A stretch of DNA of 64,000 nt from a bacterium. GTDB taxonomy: Bacteria > UBA8248. Both the position numbers and the translations under genes were made by a program. The notes beneath the pieces were generated by a model that worked only from the letters and a program-made list of their open reading frames with translations, was not told the DNA's origin and ran no database searches. Numbering within the stretch: position 1 is the first letter of the stretch; each line of letters opens with the position of its first letter. Positions 13,258-23,936 of this stretch are shown in pieces. The DNA is taken from positions 4,320,001 through 4,384,000 of the forward strand of contig OZ242260.1 of the NCBI GenBank assembly GCA_965207065.1, read 5' to 3'.

Positions 13258-14004
13258 ATGTGCAAATTTCTTCTCCTGATTATTATCGTCTTTTTGGCGG
13301 GATGTAAAACATCGTCCGACTTGGTTTCATCCGCCGGGTATTTCGATACGGGCGGCAGAACGACTTATCAAGACAAAGACTGGAACGTCGAATTTTACGA
13401 CAACTGCGACCTGCCGGATTCTTCTTCCGTACGATGGGTGACCGAAGGAAAAGAGACGTTCCTGCGATTTACACTGAAAAACAAACAGGTAGGGGGGTGT
13501 AATACTGACGGTATACACAGGCACGGCGCGCCACACTGGGAGCGGGCGGAGATAAAACAGGCGAGCACTCTGGGGCAGGATGCAGACTATACCTTGACCT
13601 TCAGGGTCCGATTCGTAAAGGGGTTTTCCTACCCAAGAGAAGACTTTTTTCAAATGCACCAATATGTTCAGGGTTGCGATGCCGGCCCTTCCATGATGTT
13701 CAAATTTTCTCATGGTCGTTTGATAACCAACAATTGGGATGAGCGCTTCAAAAGGAATGTCCGCATCAATGAAGTCATCGGGAAATGGATAGACGTAAAG
13801 CTGGAGGTTAAATTCACAGAATCAAAATACAACCTCTATTTCAATGACGAAAAGATATTAGACAAGGCGGTTTTTATTGTGAAGTCATGCGGAGTGCCCC
13901 ATTTCAAATTCGGGATTTACCGGCCCGGCGACGAGAGGGCGACCGGCGAAAGAATTTCCATTGTAGATTTCGATAAAATCAGGCTGACCAAGAAGAAAAA
14001 GTAA
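13258..14004 (+). CDS. Lipoprotein with a polysaccharide lyase / heparin lyase I-like beta-jelly-roll domain
   Basis: Lipobox LAGC, with ERAEI, FFQMH and FKFGIYRPG motifs typical of polysaccharide-lyase jelly-roll folds. AT-rich gene. Confidence 0.68.
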   Translation: MCKFLLLIIIVFLAGCKTSSDLVSSAGYFDTGGRTTYQDKDWNVEFYDNCDLPDSSSVRWVTEGKETFLRFTLKNKQVGGCNTDGIHRHGAPHWERAEIKQASTLGQDADYTLTFRVRFVKGFSYPREDFFQMHQYVQGCDAGPSMMFKFSHGRLITNNWDERFKRNVRINEVIGKWIDVKLEVKFTESKYNLYFNDEKILDKAVFIVKSCGVPHFKFGIYRPGDERATGERISIVDFDKIRLTKKKK

Positions 14005-14040
14005 TTCCTGCTTAAACCTTTGACTTTCTTGCTTTTCCAC

Positions 14041-15570
14041 TCACTCCCACTCGATCGTGCCCGGCGGCTTGGAGGAGACGTCGTAGACCACGCGGTTCAC
14101 GCCGCGCACCTCGTTGATGATGCGCGATGAGGCCTCTGCCAGCAGATCCCCCGGAAGCCTGGCCCAGTCCGCCGTCATCCCGTCCTGGCTGGTGACGGCC
14201 CTGAGCGCGAGAGCGTTCTCATACGTCCTCGCGTCGCCCATCACGCCCACGGTGTTGACGGGCAGAAGCACGGTGAACGCCTGCCAGACTTTGTAGTAAT
14301 AATCGTGCTTGTGGAGCGTTTCGATGAAAATGGCGTCCGCCTCCTGGAGGGTCTGCACGCGCTTCTCCGTCACCTCGCCCAGGACGCGCACGGCGAGGCC
14401 GGGTCCCGGGAACGGATGCCGCCAGAGCATCTCGCGGGGCAGTCCCAACTCCTCGCCCGCCTCGCGCACCTCGTCCTTGAACAACTCGCGCAAGGGCTCG
14501 ATGAGCGCGAGCCGCATCCACTTGGGCAGCCCGCCCACGTTGTGGTGGCTTTTAATGGTCGCCGAAGGCCCCTTGAAGGAAACGCTCTCGATGACGTCGG
14601 GGTAGAGCGTCCCCTGGGCCAGGAACTTCACGTCGCCCAGCCTATTCGCCTCGCGCTCGAACACGCGGATGAATATCTCGCCGATTCTCTTTCTCTTGGC
14701 TTCGGGGTGCGTGACGCCGCGAAGCGCGCCCAGAAAATCACCGCTCGCGTCCACGTGCACGAGTTTGAGCCTGTCGTCGAATGTCTCCACAACCTGCTCG
14801 GCCTCGTTCATTCTGAGCAGGCCGTTGTCCACGAAGATGCACGTGAGCCTATCGCCTATCGCCTCTTTGACGAGCATCGCCGTGACGGAGGAATCCACGC
14901 CGCCCGAGAGGCCGCACACCACGCGCTTGTCCCCGACTTGCTCCCTGATGCGCTCGACCGCCTCCTCGATGAAGGAGCGCATGGTCCAATCGCCCACACA
15001 ACCGCAAATCCTGTGCACGAAGTTGTGGAGAATCTCCTTGCCGCGCGGTGTGTGCGCCACTTCGGGGTGAAACTGAATGCCGTAGCGACGCCCGTCTTCG
15101 GACATCATCGCCGCCACCGGGGAGCCTTCCGAACGCGCGAGCGGCCGATAGCCGGGCGGCGGCTCTTCTATCGTGTCCCCATGGCTCATCCAGACGGTTT
15201 CGGCGCCCGGGGAGCCGAGAAAGATGCCGACGGGCTCTTCGACCACCACTTCCGCGCGCCCGAATTCTCGTTTGGCGTAAGGGCCGACTTTCCCACCGAG
15301 AAGGTGGGTCATGAGCTGCATGCCGTAACAAATCCCCAGAATGGGGAAGTCGCTCTCGAACAGCGCGGGGTCGACCGAGGGAGAGCCGTTCTCGTACACG
15401 CTGTTCGGCCCGCCCGAGAGGATGACGCCTTTCGTGTGCGGACCCGTAATCTCACGCCAGTCACGGGTGCAAGGCTGAATTTCGCAATAGACGTTCAACT
15501 CCCGCACGCGCCGGGCGATGAGCTGCGTATACTGCGAGCCGAAATCGAGAATGAGTATCTGATCGCGCAT
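14041..15570 (-). CDS. guaA: GMP synthase (glutamine-hydrolysing)
   Basis: [43 protein letters not shown]. Confidence 0.98.
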   Translation of the reverse strand: MRDQILILDFGSQYTQLIARRVRELNVYCEIQPCTRDWREITGPHTKGVILSGGPNSVYENGSPSVDPALFESDFPILGICYGMQLMTHLLGGKVGPYAKREFGRAEVVVEEPVGIFLGSPGAETVWMSHGDTIEEPPPGYRPLARSEGSPVAAMMSEDGRRYGIQFHPEVAHTPRGKEILHNFVHRICGCVGDWTMRSFIEEAVERIREQVGDKRVVCGLSGGVDSSVTAMLVKEAIGDRLTCIFVDNGLLRMNEAEQVVETFDDRLKLVHVDASGDFLGALRGVTHPEAKRKRIGEIFIRVFEREANRLGDVKFLAQGTLYPDVIESVSFKGPSATIKSHHNVGGLPKWMRLALIEPLRELFKDEVREAGEELGLPREMLWRHPFPGPGLAVRVLGEVTEKRVQTLQEADAIFIETLHKHDYYYKVWQAFTVLLPVNTVGVMGDARTYENALALRAVTSQDGMTADWARLPGDLLAEASSRIINEVRGVNRVVYDVSSKPPGTIEWE

Positions 15571-15783
15571 CTACATTTCAGGACAAAGCGATACGAACCG
15601 CCTCTTCCCCTCCACACTCAGGCCAACTTTCAAGCCGGACCATCGGCCGGCATCTCGTGCACCGGTTGAATCGGGACCCCACATCCCTCCATATTCGGCG
15701 CTTTCGTCCTGGCGGGCGAAGCGCTCTTCTGTGCGCACACGCCCATGGCGACGCGAGCGGGCGCCCCATCGGGCTATTTTCTA

Positions 15784-17463
<1,680 letters not shown>

Positions 17464-17584
17464 TCAAAAAGGACACGGCATCAAAGGCCTCCCCAGATGG
17501 CCCTCCTTTTTCTTGCCTCGCCATTCTGTTCCGCGCGGGCGCGGGTGTCAAGAGCTTCACCGCCATCGCGGGCGAAAAATCGGC

Positions 17585-19465
17585 TCAACTCCGCAGAAAG
17601 CGCCTCCTCACCGGGGCCGTGCTCATCACGAGCATGATGGGCCGGCCGTGCGGGCAGGTCCATCGGCCCGGTGTTTTCTCGAGTTCCACGACGAGAGCAG
17701 CCACCTCTTCGGGGCGCATGGCCTGCGCCGCCTTCACCGCGCCCCTGCAACTCATCCTCGTGATGATGCCGTCGATAAGGTCTGCGAAACTCACGGGCTG
17801 CTCGAGATCCGCCAAACCTTCCACGATCTGGCGCACTGCGCCTGCGGGATCACGGTCCGCCAGAAGCGCGGGCACGGCCCGAATCCGGTAATCGCCGGGA
17901 CCCGCGCATTCGAGTTCGAAACCCGAGCGCAGCAGATCGTCGCGATGCGCCTCGATGCTCAGCGCCTCCTCGGGCCTGAGCCGAATCTCCTCGGGCACCA
18001 GGCACGCCTGGCTGTCCACGCGGCCCTCCCTGAACTGGTCGCGGAACCGGTTGTAGAGCACGCGCTCATGCGCTGCGTGCTGATCGACGAGCACAAGCCC
18101 CTGTGGCGAGGCGAACAGCAAGAAGCACTCCTCCCACTGTCCGAGATAGCGGCATTCCGACAGAACGACCGGATCGGACGGATGAGGCGGCTCGAGGGTG
18201 CGTTCGAGCGGCGAGGGAGCCGCCGATTCGGATGGGGAACTCGCCGGCGCAGGCAGGTCGGTATCCGCCGCCTCGGCGTCGGGTGCAAGTGGAGAGGCGG
18301 CGAGGGAGCCTCCTTCCTCAGAGGCGCCGTAATCCCCGGCGGCGTCAGCGTTTCCAAAGTATCCGCCGCCGCCCAACAAGGCGGGCGCGGCTCTCTCCTC
18401 TGCGGCGGCGCCCGGAGCCGCGTGGCTCACTTCCTGATGGGCGAAATCGCGCCGCACTCTCTCGGGCCGCGCGCCCAGCACGGCGGCGACGCTCTCGCGC
18501 ACGAGATCGTAGACGTTCGATGCGAAGCGGAAGCGCACCTCCTGCTTGGCGGGGTGGACGTTCACGTCCACGTCCTCGGGCGGCATGTCCAAAAAGAGGA
18601 TAAAGACGGGGTGGCGCTTTACCGGCATGAAGCTGCGGTAGGCCGCATACGCCGCGTGGACGAAAAGACGATCCCGGATGGGGCGTCCGTTCACGAACAG
18701 ATACTGCGCGTCGCGCGTGGAGCGGTTGAGCCCGGGCGCGCCCGCCCATCCGCTGAACGTCATGTTCTCCGAGGCGGCGCGGGGAATCTTAAGCAGTTGA
18801 GAGGCCGCCGCCTCTCCGACGAGTTGGGCTGCGCGCGCCTGAAGTCCTCCCGAGGCGTCGAGGTCGAGCAGCGTCCTCTTCCCGTGGCGCAGAACGAACG
18901 AGACGTTCGGGTTCGCCATGGCCGCCTGATTCGCCACTTCCAGGCAGCGGGCGAGTTCGGTCTCTCTTCTTTTGAGGAATTTGCGCCTCGCCGGCACGTT
19001 GAAGAACAATGAACGCACCTCGACCCTCGTGCCGGGCGCGGCTCCCATTTCGGTGACGCGCTGGAGCTTGCCGCCCTCTATGCGCACCTCCGTACCCAAG
19101 GCGTCCTCCGACCTTCTGGTGGTGATGGTCATCTTCGACACCGCGGCGACGCTCGGCAGCGCCTCACCCCTGAATCCCAGGGTGGCGACGCGGCCCAAGT
19201 CCCAATCCGAGGCAATCTTGCTCGTCGCGTGGCGCTCGAGACTCAAGAGCGCATCGTCCTCGCTCATGCCGTGGCCGTCGTCGACGACCTGCACGCGCGC
19301 GGCGCCGCCTGATGCCAAGTCGATTTCCACCCGCGAGGCGCCGGCGTCGATGCTGTTCTCCACCAACTCCTTGAGGGCGGAGGCGGGGCGCTGCACAACC
19401 TCGCCCGCGGCAATCTGGTTCGCGAGCGACTCCGGGAGTATGCGGATGCGGGATTGTTTTCTCAT
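17585..19465 (-). CDS. mutL: DNA mismatch repair endonuclease MutL
   Basis: NQIAAGEVV, GFRGEAL, DVNVHPAK. C-terminal DQHAAHER and CPHGRP endonuclease motifs. Confidence 0.97.
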   Translation of the reverse strand: MRKQSRIRILPESLANQIAAGEVVQRPASALKELVENSIDAGASRVEIDLASGGAARVQVVDDGHGMSEDDALLSLERHATSKIASDWDLGRVATLGFRGEALPSVAAVSKMTITTRRSEDALGTEVRIEGGKLQRVTEMGAAPGTRVEVRSLFFNVPARRKFLKRRETELARCLEVANQAAMANPNVSFVLRHGKRTLLDLDASGGLQARAAQLVGEAAASQLLKIPRAASENMTFSGWAGAPGLNRSTRDAQYLFVNGRPIRDRLFVHAAYAAYRSFMPVKRHPVFILFLDMPPEDVDVNVHPAKQEVRFRFASNVYDLVRESVAAVLGARPERVRRDFAHQEVSHAAPGAAAEERAAPALLGGGGYFGNADAAGDYGASEEGGSLAASPLAPDAEAADTDLPAPASSPSESAAPSPLERTLEPPHPSDPVVLSECRYLGQWEECFLLFASPQGLVLVDQHAAHERVLYNRFRDQFREGRVDSQACLVPEEIRLRPEEALSIEAHRDDLLRSGFELECAGPGDYRIRAVPALLADRDPAGAVRQIVEGLADLEQPVSFADLIDGIITRMSCRGAVKAAQAMRPEEVAALVVELEKTPGRWTCPHGRPIMLVMSTAPVRRRFLRS

Positions 19466-19814
19466 CGGGGTCCTCGTGTACGGGTCTAAAGCATACTTTC
19501 TCCGAAATCGAAAACCATGTCAAGCAATAACCACAACATTTTGTGTCTTTAAGTACATGATTACGCCATATAATGGGATTTTCACTCACTACGATGTTTA
19601 TTAAAATTGTGTGTAATTCGTGTGCATCATGTGGATTGCATGTGATGAACATTTATGTCATATTCGAATTCCCCAAGGTAGTACACTCGCCCTCTTACAA
19701 TACCTGCACTACCAAACACCCGAGTAGTCTCCAGCGCGCTACATCGCCGCCCGGCAACTACGGTTCTGCTCCCCACGAGGGGCGGGTTCTCCGCTGTGAA
19801 TTTGCGACACGGGA

Positions 19815-22784
19815 GTGAACCGGGAAACCGGTCCCAAAGAATTGAGAAAAGCCAAATACCGAACGGTGATGGTGAGAGTGACGAGCGGAGCGGCACCACG
19901 TCTCCGCCTCGTAAGCGTCCGTTCGAATCGGGGAAGACGCATTCGTGCGTGCGTCGCCTTCTTCCTATCATTCCTCCTCGTCGCCTACGGGTTCTATGGC
20001 ACGAACTCCCTGGCGGACCATCATGAAAATCGCGAATTCTGGGACGGAAACCCGGCGAATGGAACAGTGCAGGTGTCGCTCGATGGAGTGAATGCCAGTT
20101 CGTCTATCTCGCTGACTATCGGCCCGGGAGAGACTAAAACCTACTACATCAGGCTATCTAAACAGCCACTTACGACCGACGACTGGTTCGTATTTATCAG
20201 GGTGCGCGCAAACGGCGTATCGCTCAGTAATAATTACTATCCGACGGAAGCCCCAAACAGAAAAGCGGCAAAGATCATCTGGACACCGTCTCTCTACCGG
20301 ACGTTCAACAAGGAGAGCGGCAAGGACCCGGGTAACCCGACTCGATGGAAGGACGTTGTAATTCAGGCGAATGAGAATCTTTCAGAGTCTGTCACCTTAC
20401 ACATCACGCACGAGGTGTGGGAAGATGATAAATTTTGCCCGATACACGAAGTGGGCAGGGTGGCAGTGAACGCCAACCTCAACTCCGGCGGCAACAACAA
20501 TCCCAACAACATCAATCCCGAGACCACAAACACTGACACCACCACAAACACTGACACCACCACAAACACTGACAACAATAATCCCGATAACAATAACCCC
20601 GGCACCAACAACAACCCCATCACCGACAACCCGGGTGTCAACAACCCCGGAACCAATAATGAAGGCAATGGCGGTGGCGGTGGAAGTGGTGGCGGCGGCG
20701 GTGTGGTTCCCAGAAATCCCGCTCAGCAGAACCCGCCGACACCGGTCAGCGCTAAGGTGGACGGGAACAAGCTGGTCCTCACTTTCAACGAGCTTCTTGA
20801 CAGGGGTTCCGTGCCGGCGCCCGGAGATTTCTCGGTGAGCGCGCATGACGTCGAATCTCTCAGCTTGAGCGGCTCGCGCGTGACGTTCAAACTGGAAACC
20901 CCTGCCATGCCAGGCGAGGAAGTGACGCTCTCCTACACGCCCGGGAAAAATCCGATCAAAAGCATAACCGGGCTCGTGGCCCCGTCTTTCACGAATCTGC
21001 CGGTCGAGAACATCGGGAAAGCGCCGGTGCTGGTGGACGCGAGTGTGCGCGGCAATCAGATAACTTTGACTTACGACGAACCACTGGATGAGACTTCCGT
21101 GCCGACGACGGGCTCTTACACGGTGATGGTTGCCGGTGCGAATCGGCCGATTTCCAAAGTGAGGGTCAAAGGCAAGAAGGTATTTCTGACCCTGGAATCG
21201 GCGGTGGAACCCGGCGAGGAAGTAACGCTCAACTACACTCCCGGCAGCCCTCGCATCGTGGACTTGACCGCGATTCCCGCAGGACCCATCAATAATTTAC
21301 AGATAAACAACTCCGCAGAAACGCCTGAGGTTAGTCTCGAGGGGACGAACGACTGGCTTACGCGCTTCGGGCGCACGGTGGCGAGTCAGGCGGTGGAGAT
21401 GATCGAGAACCGGCTGAAAGCCCCCTCCAAGAGGCAGGAGTCAAGTGTAACGCTCGCCGGACAGGACGTGGATTTCTTTGGCGATGATTCTCCGCTTCCG
21501 CTCTCACAGGACGACCCGGAATTCGCTTCCGCTTCCCGCCTCGCAAGCCGCACCCTGGGCTTCGGCGGTCTTTCCGGAAACGACCCCGCGGCGGAGCACC
21601 GCGAGATATCCATGAGCGATCTTCTGCTTGCGAGTTCGTTCCATCTCACCTCGGCGCAGAATACGGAAACCGGCGGGGGAACGTTGTGGACGACCTGGGG
21701 CCGGGGATCGCGGACGAGCTTCTTTGGAGATGAGGACAGTTCCACCTTCAATGGCGATGTGACGACAGGCACGATCGGGGCCGATTTCGAATGGGGCCGC
21801 ACCATGGTGGGCGTCGCGCTCTCTCACACCCTGGGCGAAGGGTACTTCTCGATCGACGGGAGGCGCAACGACGTGGAAGCCCGCCTCACGGGCGTTTATC
21901 CCTACTTGCGCTACACGGTGAGCGAGCGCCTCACAGTCTGGGGCATGTTCGGCTTCGGGAACGGTGAGTACGCGCAGACCGAACAAGGCGTCGGCGAGGA
22001 GATCGAGACCGACATCTCCATGCGGATGGGGGCGTTCGGTTTTCGCAGTTTCCTCTTCCCGCCGGCGCATCCGAGAGGCTACGACCTAGCCGTGAAGGGC
22101 GACGTGATGGTGGTCGAGATAGAGGCGGATGAGGTGCGCGACAAACTGCTCCCGGTGGATACGAACACGAACCGCTTCCGGCTGCTTCTGGAGGGTTCGC
22201 GCCAATACAAACTCGGGCGTGGCGCATCGCTCACGCCCTCGCTGGAGATGGGCGTACGCTACGATAAGGGCGACGCGGAAGAAGGAGGCGGCATCGAGGT
22301 GGGCGGCGGTTTCCGATACTTCGACCCTTCGCTGGACATGGTGATAGACGTAAATGCGCGCGGTCTGCTGCTGCACGAGGAGAGCAGATTCAGCGAAAAA
22401 GGCGTTTCGGGTTCGGTGCAACTTACCTGGGGCACAAAGAAAAAAGGCCTCTCCGTGCGGGTGGGCTCCTCATGGGGAGACGCCGCGAGCGGGGCGGAGC
22501 GTCTCTGGTCGCAGGCCTCCACGGCGAGTCTGTCCTCGAGTGCACACGGTGAAGGCGCACGTATGGAAGCCGAAGTGGGCTACGGGTTGGACGCGCCCGG
22601 CGGCGGCACCTTCAAGCCCTACGCCGGCCTTGCGCTCGCTGCCAGAGGAAGCGAGTCATATCGCCTGGGCGGGCGTCTACAATTCGACGACCGCGTGAGC
22701 CTGAGGCTCGAGGGGGACCGCCGCGAGCGCGTAGGCGGCAAATCCTCTCACGGCCTCGCCCTGCTGGGCTCTATTCGCTGGTAA
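19815..22784 (+). CDS. Autotransporter-like outer-membrane protein with an Asn/Thr/Gly low-complexity linker and two SwmB-like repeats
   Basis: Hydrophobic signal region. Two repeats of the form V.GN.L.LT(F/Y).E.LD..SVP...V.L.YTPG. C-terminal beta-barrel-like region from WLTRFGR (21354) ending in an aromatic residue (IRW). Exact start uncertain. Confidence 0.8.
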   Translation: MNRETGPKELRKAKYRTVMVRVTSGAAPRLRLVSVRSNRGRRIRACVAFFLSFLLVAYGFYGTNSLADHHENREFWDGNPANGTVQVSLDGVNASSSISLTIGPGETKTYYIRLSKQPLTTDDWFVFIRVRANGVSLSNNYYPTEAPNRKAAKIIWTPSLYRTFNKESGKDPGNPTRWKDVVIQANENLSESVTLHITHEVWEDDKFCPIHEVGRVAVNANLNSGGNNNPNNINPETTNTDTTTNTDTTTNTDNNNPDNNNPGTNNNPITDNPGVNNPGTNNEGNGGGGGSGGGGGVVPRNPAQQNPPTPVSAKVDGNKLVLTFNELLDRGSVPAPGDFSVSAHDVESLSLSGSRVTFKLETPAMPGEEVTLSYTPGKNPIKSITGLVAPSFTNLPVENIGKAPVLVDASVRGNQITLTYDEPLDETSVPTTGSYTVMVAGANRPISKVRVKGKKVFLTLESAVEPGEEVTLNYTPGSPRIVDLTAIPAGPINNLQINNSAETPEVSLEGTNDWLTRFGRTVASQAVEMIENRLKAPSKRQESSVTLAGQDVDFFGDDSPLPLSQDDPEFASASRLASRTLGFGGLSGNDPAAEHREISMSDLLLASSFHLTSAQNTETGGGTLWTTWGRGSRTSFFGDEDSSTFNGDVTTGTIGADFEWGRTMVGVALSHTLGEGYFSIDGRRNDVEARLTGVYPYLRYTVSERLTVWGMFGFGNGEYAQTEQGVGEEIETDISMRMGAFGFRSFLFPPAHPRGYDLAVKGDVMVVEIEADEVRDKLLPVDTNTNRFRLLLEGSRQYKLGRGASLTPSLEMGVRYDKGDAEEGGGIEVGGGFRYFDPSLDMVIDVNARGLLLHEESRFSEKGVSGSVQLTWGTKKKGLSVRVGSSWGDAASGAERLWSQASTASLSSSAHGEGARMEAEVGYGLDAPGGGTFKPYAGLALAARGSESYRLGGRLQFDDRVSLRLEGDRRERVGGKSSHGLALLGSIRW
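20523..20573 (+). repeat. 18-bp coding tandem repeat (about 2.8 copies, TTNTDT)
   Basis: ACCACAAACACTGACACC at 20523 and 20541, partial copy at 20559. Confidence 0.9.
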
Positions 22785-23051
22785 AGTATTCCCTATACGA
22801 ACCCCGTCATTCCGGCGCATGTCCCTATTTCCCTATTGACGAGCGAGGACGAGCATCATGTTTTATCCCGTAGGGGCGGACCTGCGGATCTAATTTCTTC
22901 CGCTCCTCGCCTTCCATCACGACAAATTGCGCTAGCGAGGTTGTGTCGCTCTCCCCTCATGCGATATCCCGGATCGGAGCATAATTGCTTGTTTTCGGCG
23001 GTTGCGCGTATACTGCGGGCGTCGGAATTCCACATTCGTGAGGTCAAGATC

Positions 23052-23855
23052 TTGAGCAAAAATAAAAGCGGTTTCGAGCGCGCTGTGGAGGTCATGGCCC
23101 ATCTCAGAGCGCCGGACGGCTGCCCCTGGGACAAGGAGCAGGATCATCAGAGCCTCAAGCCCTACCTCATCGAGGAAGCCTACGAAGTGATGGAGGCCAT
23201 CGAGGCGGACGACCCGGCGATGCTCAAAGAAGAATTGGGCGACCTCCTGCTTCAGGTGCTCTTCCACTGCCGGCTCGCCGAGGAGAAGGGTCTCTTCGAC
23301 GCCCAGGAGACCGCCCGCGCCCTCGCGCAAAAGATGATAGACCGCCACCCCCACGTGTTCGAGGACACGCTTGCCGAGACCAGCGGCGAGGTGCTCAGGA
23401 ACTGGGAGATCAGCAAGAGAAAGGCCCGCGCGGGGGAGGAGAACGGCGCGGCCTCCATTCTCGACGGCGTGCCCGCCGCCATGCCCGCGCTCCAGCGCGC
23501 CCAGAGGCTTCAGGGAAAGGCCTCGCGCGTGGGCTTCGACTGGCCGGACCCGGCCGGAGCGGCGGAGAAGCTGGAAGAAGAATGGACGGAACTCAAAGAG
23601 GCGATGCGAGAAGGTGACCGCGAGGCGCTTGAGGAGGAGATGGGCGATTTTCTCTTCGCCGCCGTGAACCTCTCCCGAAAGCTCGGCGTGAACGCCGAGG
23701 GGGCGGCCCGCACCTGCATCGGGCGCTTCACGGCGCGTTTTCACTACATGGAAAAGACGCTGCGCGCCCGGGGACTCTCGCCCGAGGACGTATCGCTCGA
23801 AGAACTCGAAGCGCTCTGGAGTGAAGCGAAAAAAGCCGGGAAGAGCGAGGGATGA
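23052..23855 (+). CDS. mazG: Nucleoside triphosphate pyrophosphohydrolase MazG
   Basis: LRAPDGCPWDKEQ, EELGDLLLQV, RHPHVF, GFDW, EEEMGDFLF. TTG start at 23052 after GAGG. Confidence 0.95.
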   Translation: MSKNKSGFERAVEVMAHLRAPDGCPWDKEQDHQSLKPYLIEEAYEVMEAIEADDPAMLKEELGDLLLQVLFHCRLAEEKGLFDAQETARALAQKMIDRHPHVFEDTLAETSGEVLRNWEISKRKARAGEENGAASILDGVPAAMPALQRAQRLQGKASRVGFDWPDPAGAAEKLEEEWTELKEAMREGDREALEEEMGDFLFAAVNLSRKLGVNAEGAARTCIGRFTARFHYMEKTLRARGLSPEDVSLEELEALWSEAKKAGKSEG

Positions 23856-23936
23856 CCTGACTCTCGCCCCGTACCCAGGACACGCGCACCCGATGACGCA
23901 CCGCACCGCCCGCCCGGAAGCCGCCAGGAACTACCG

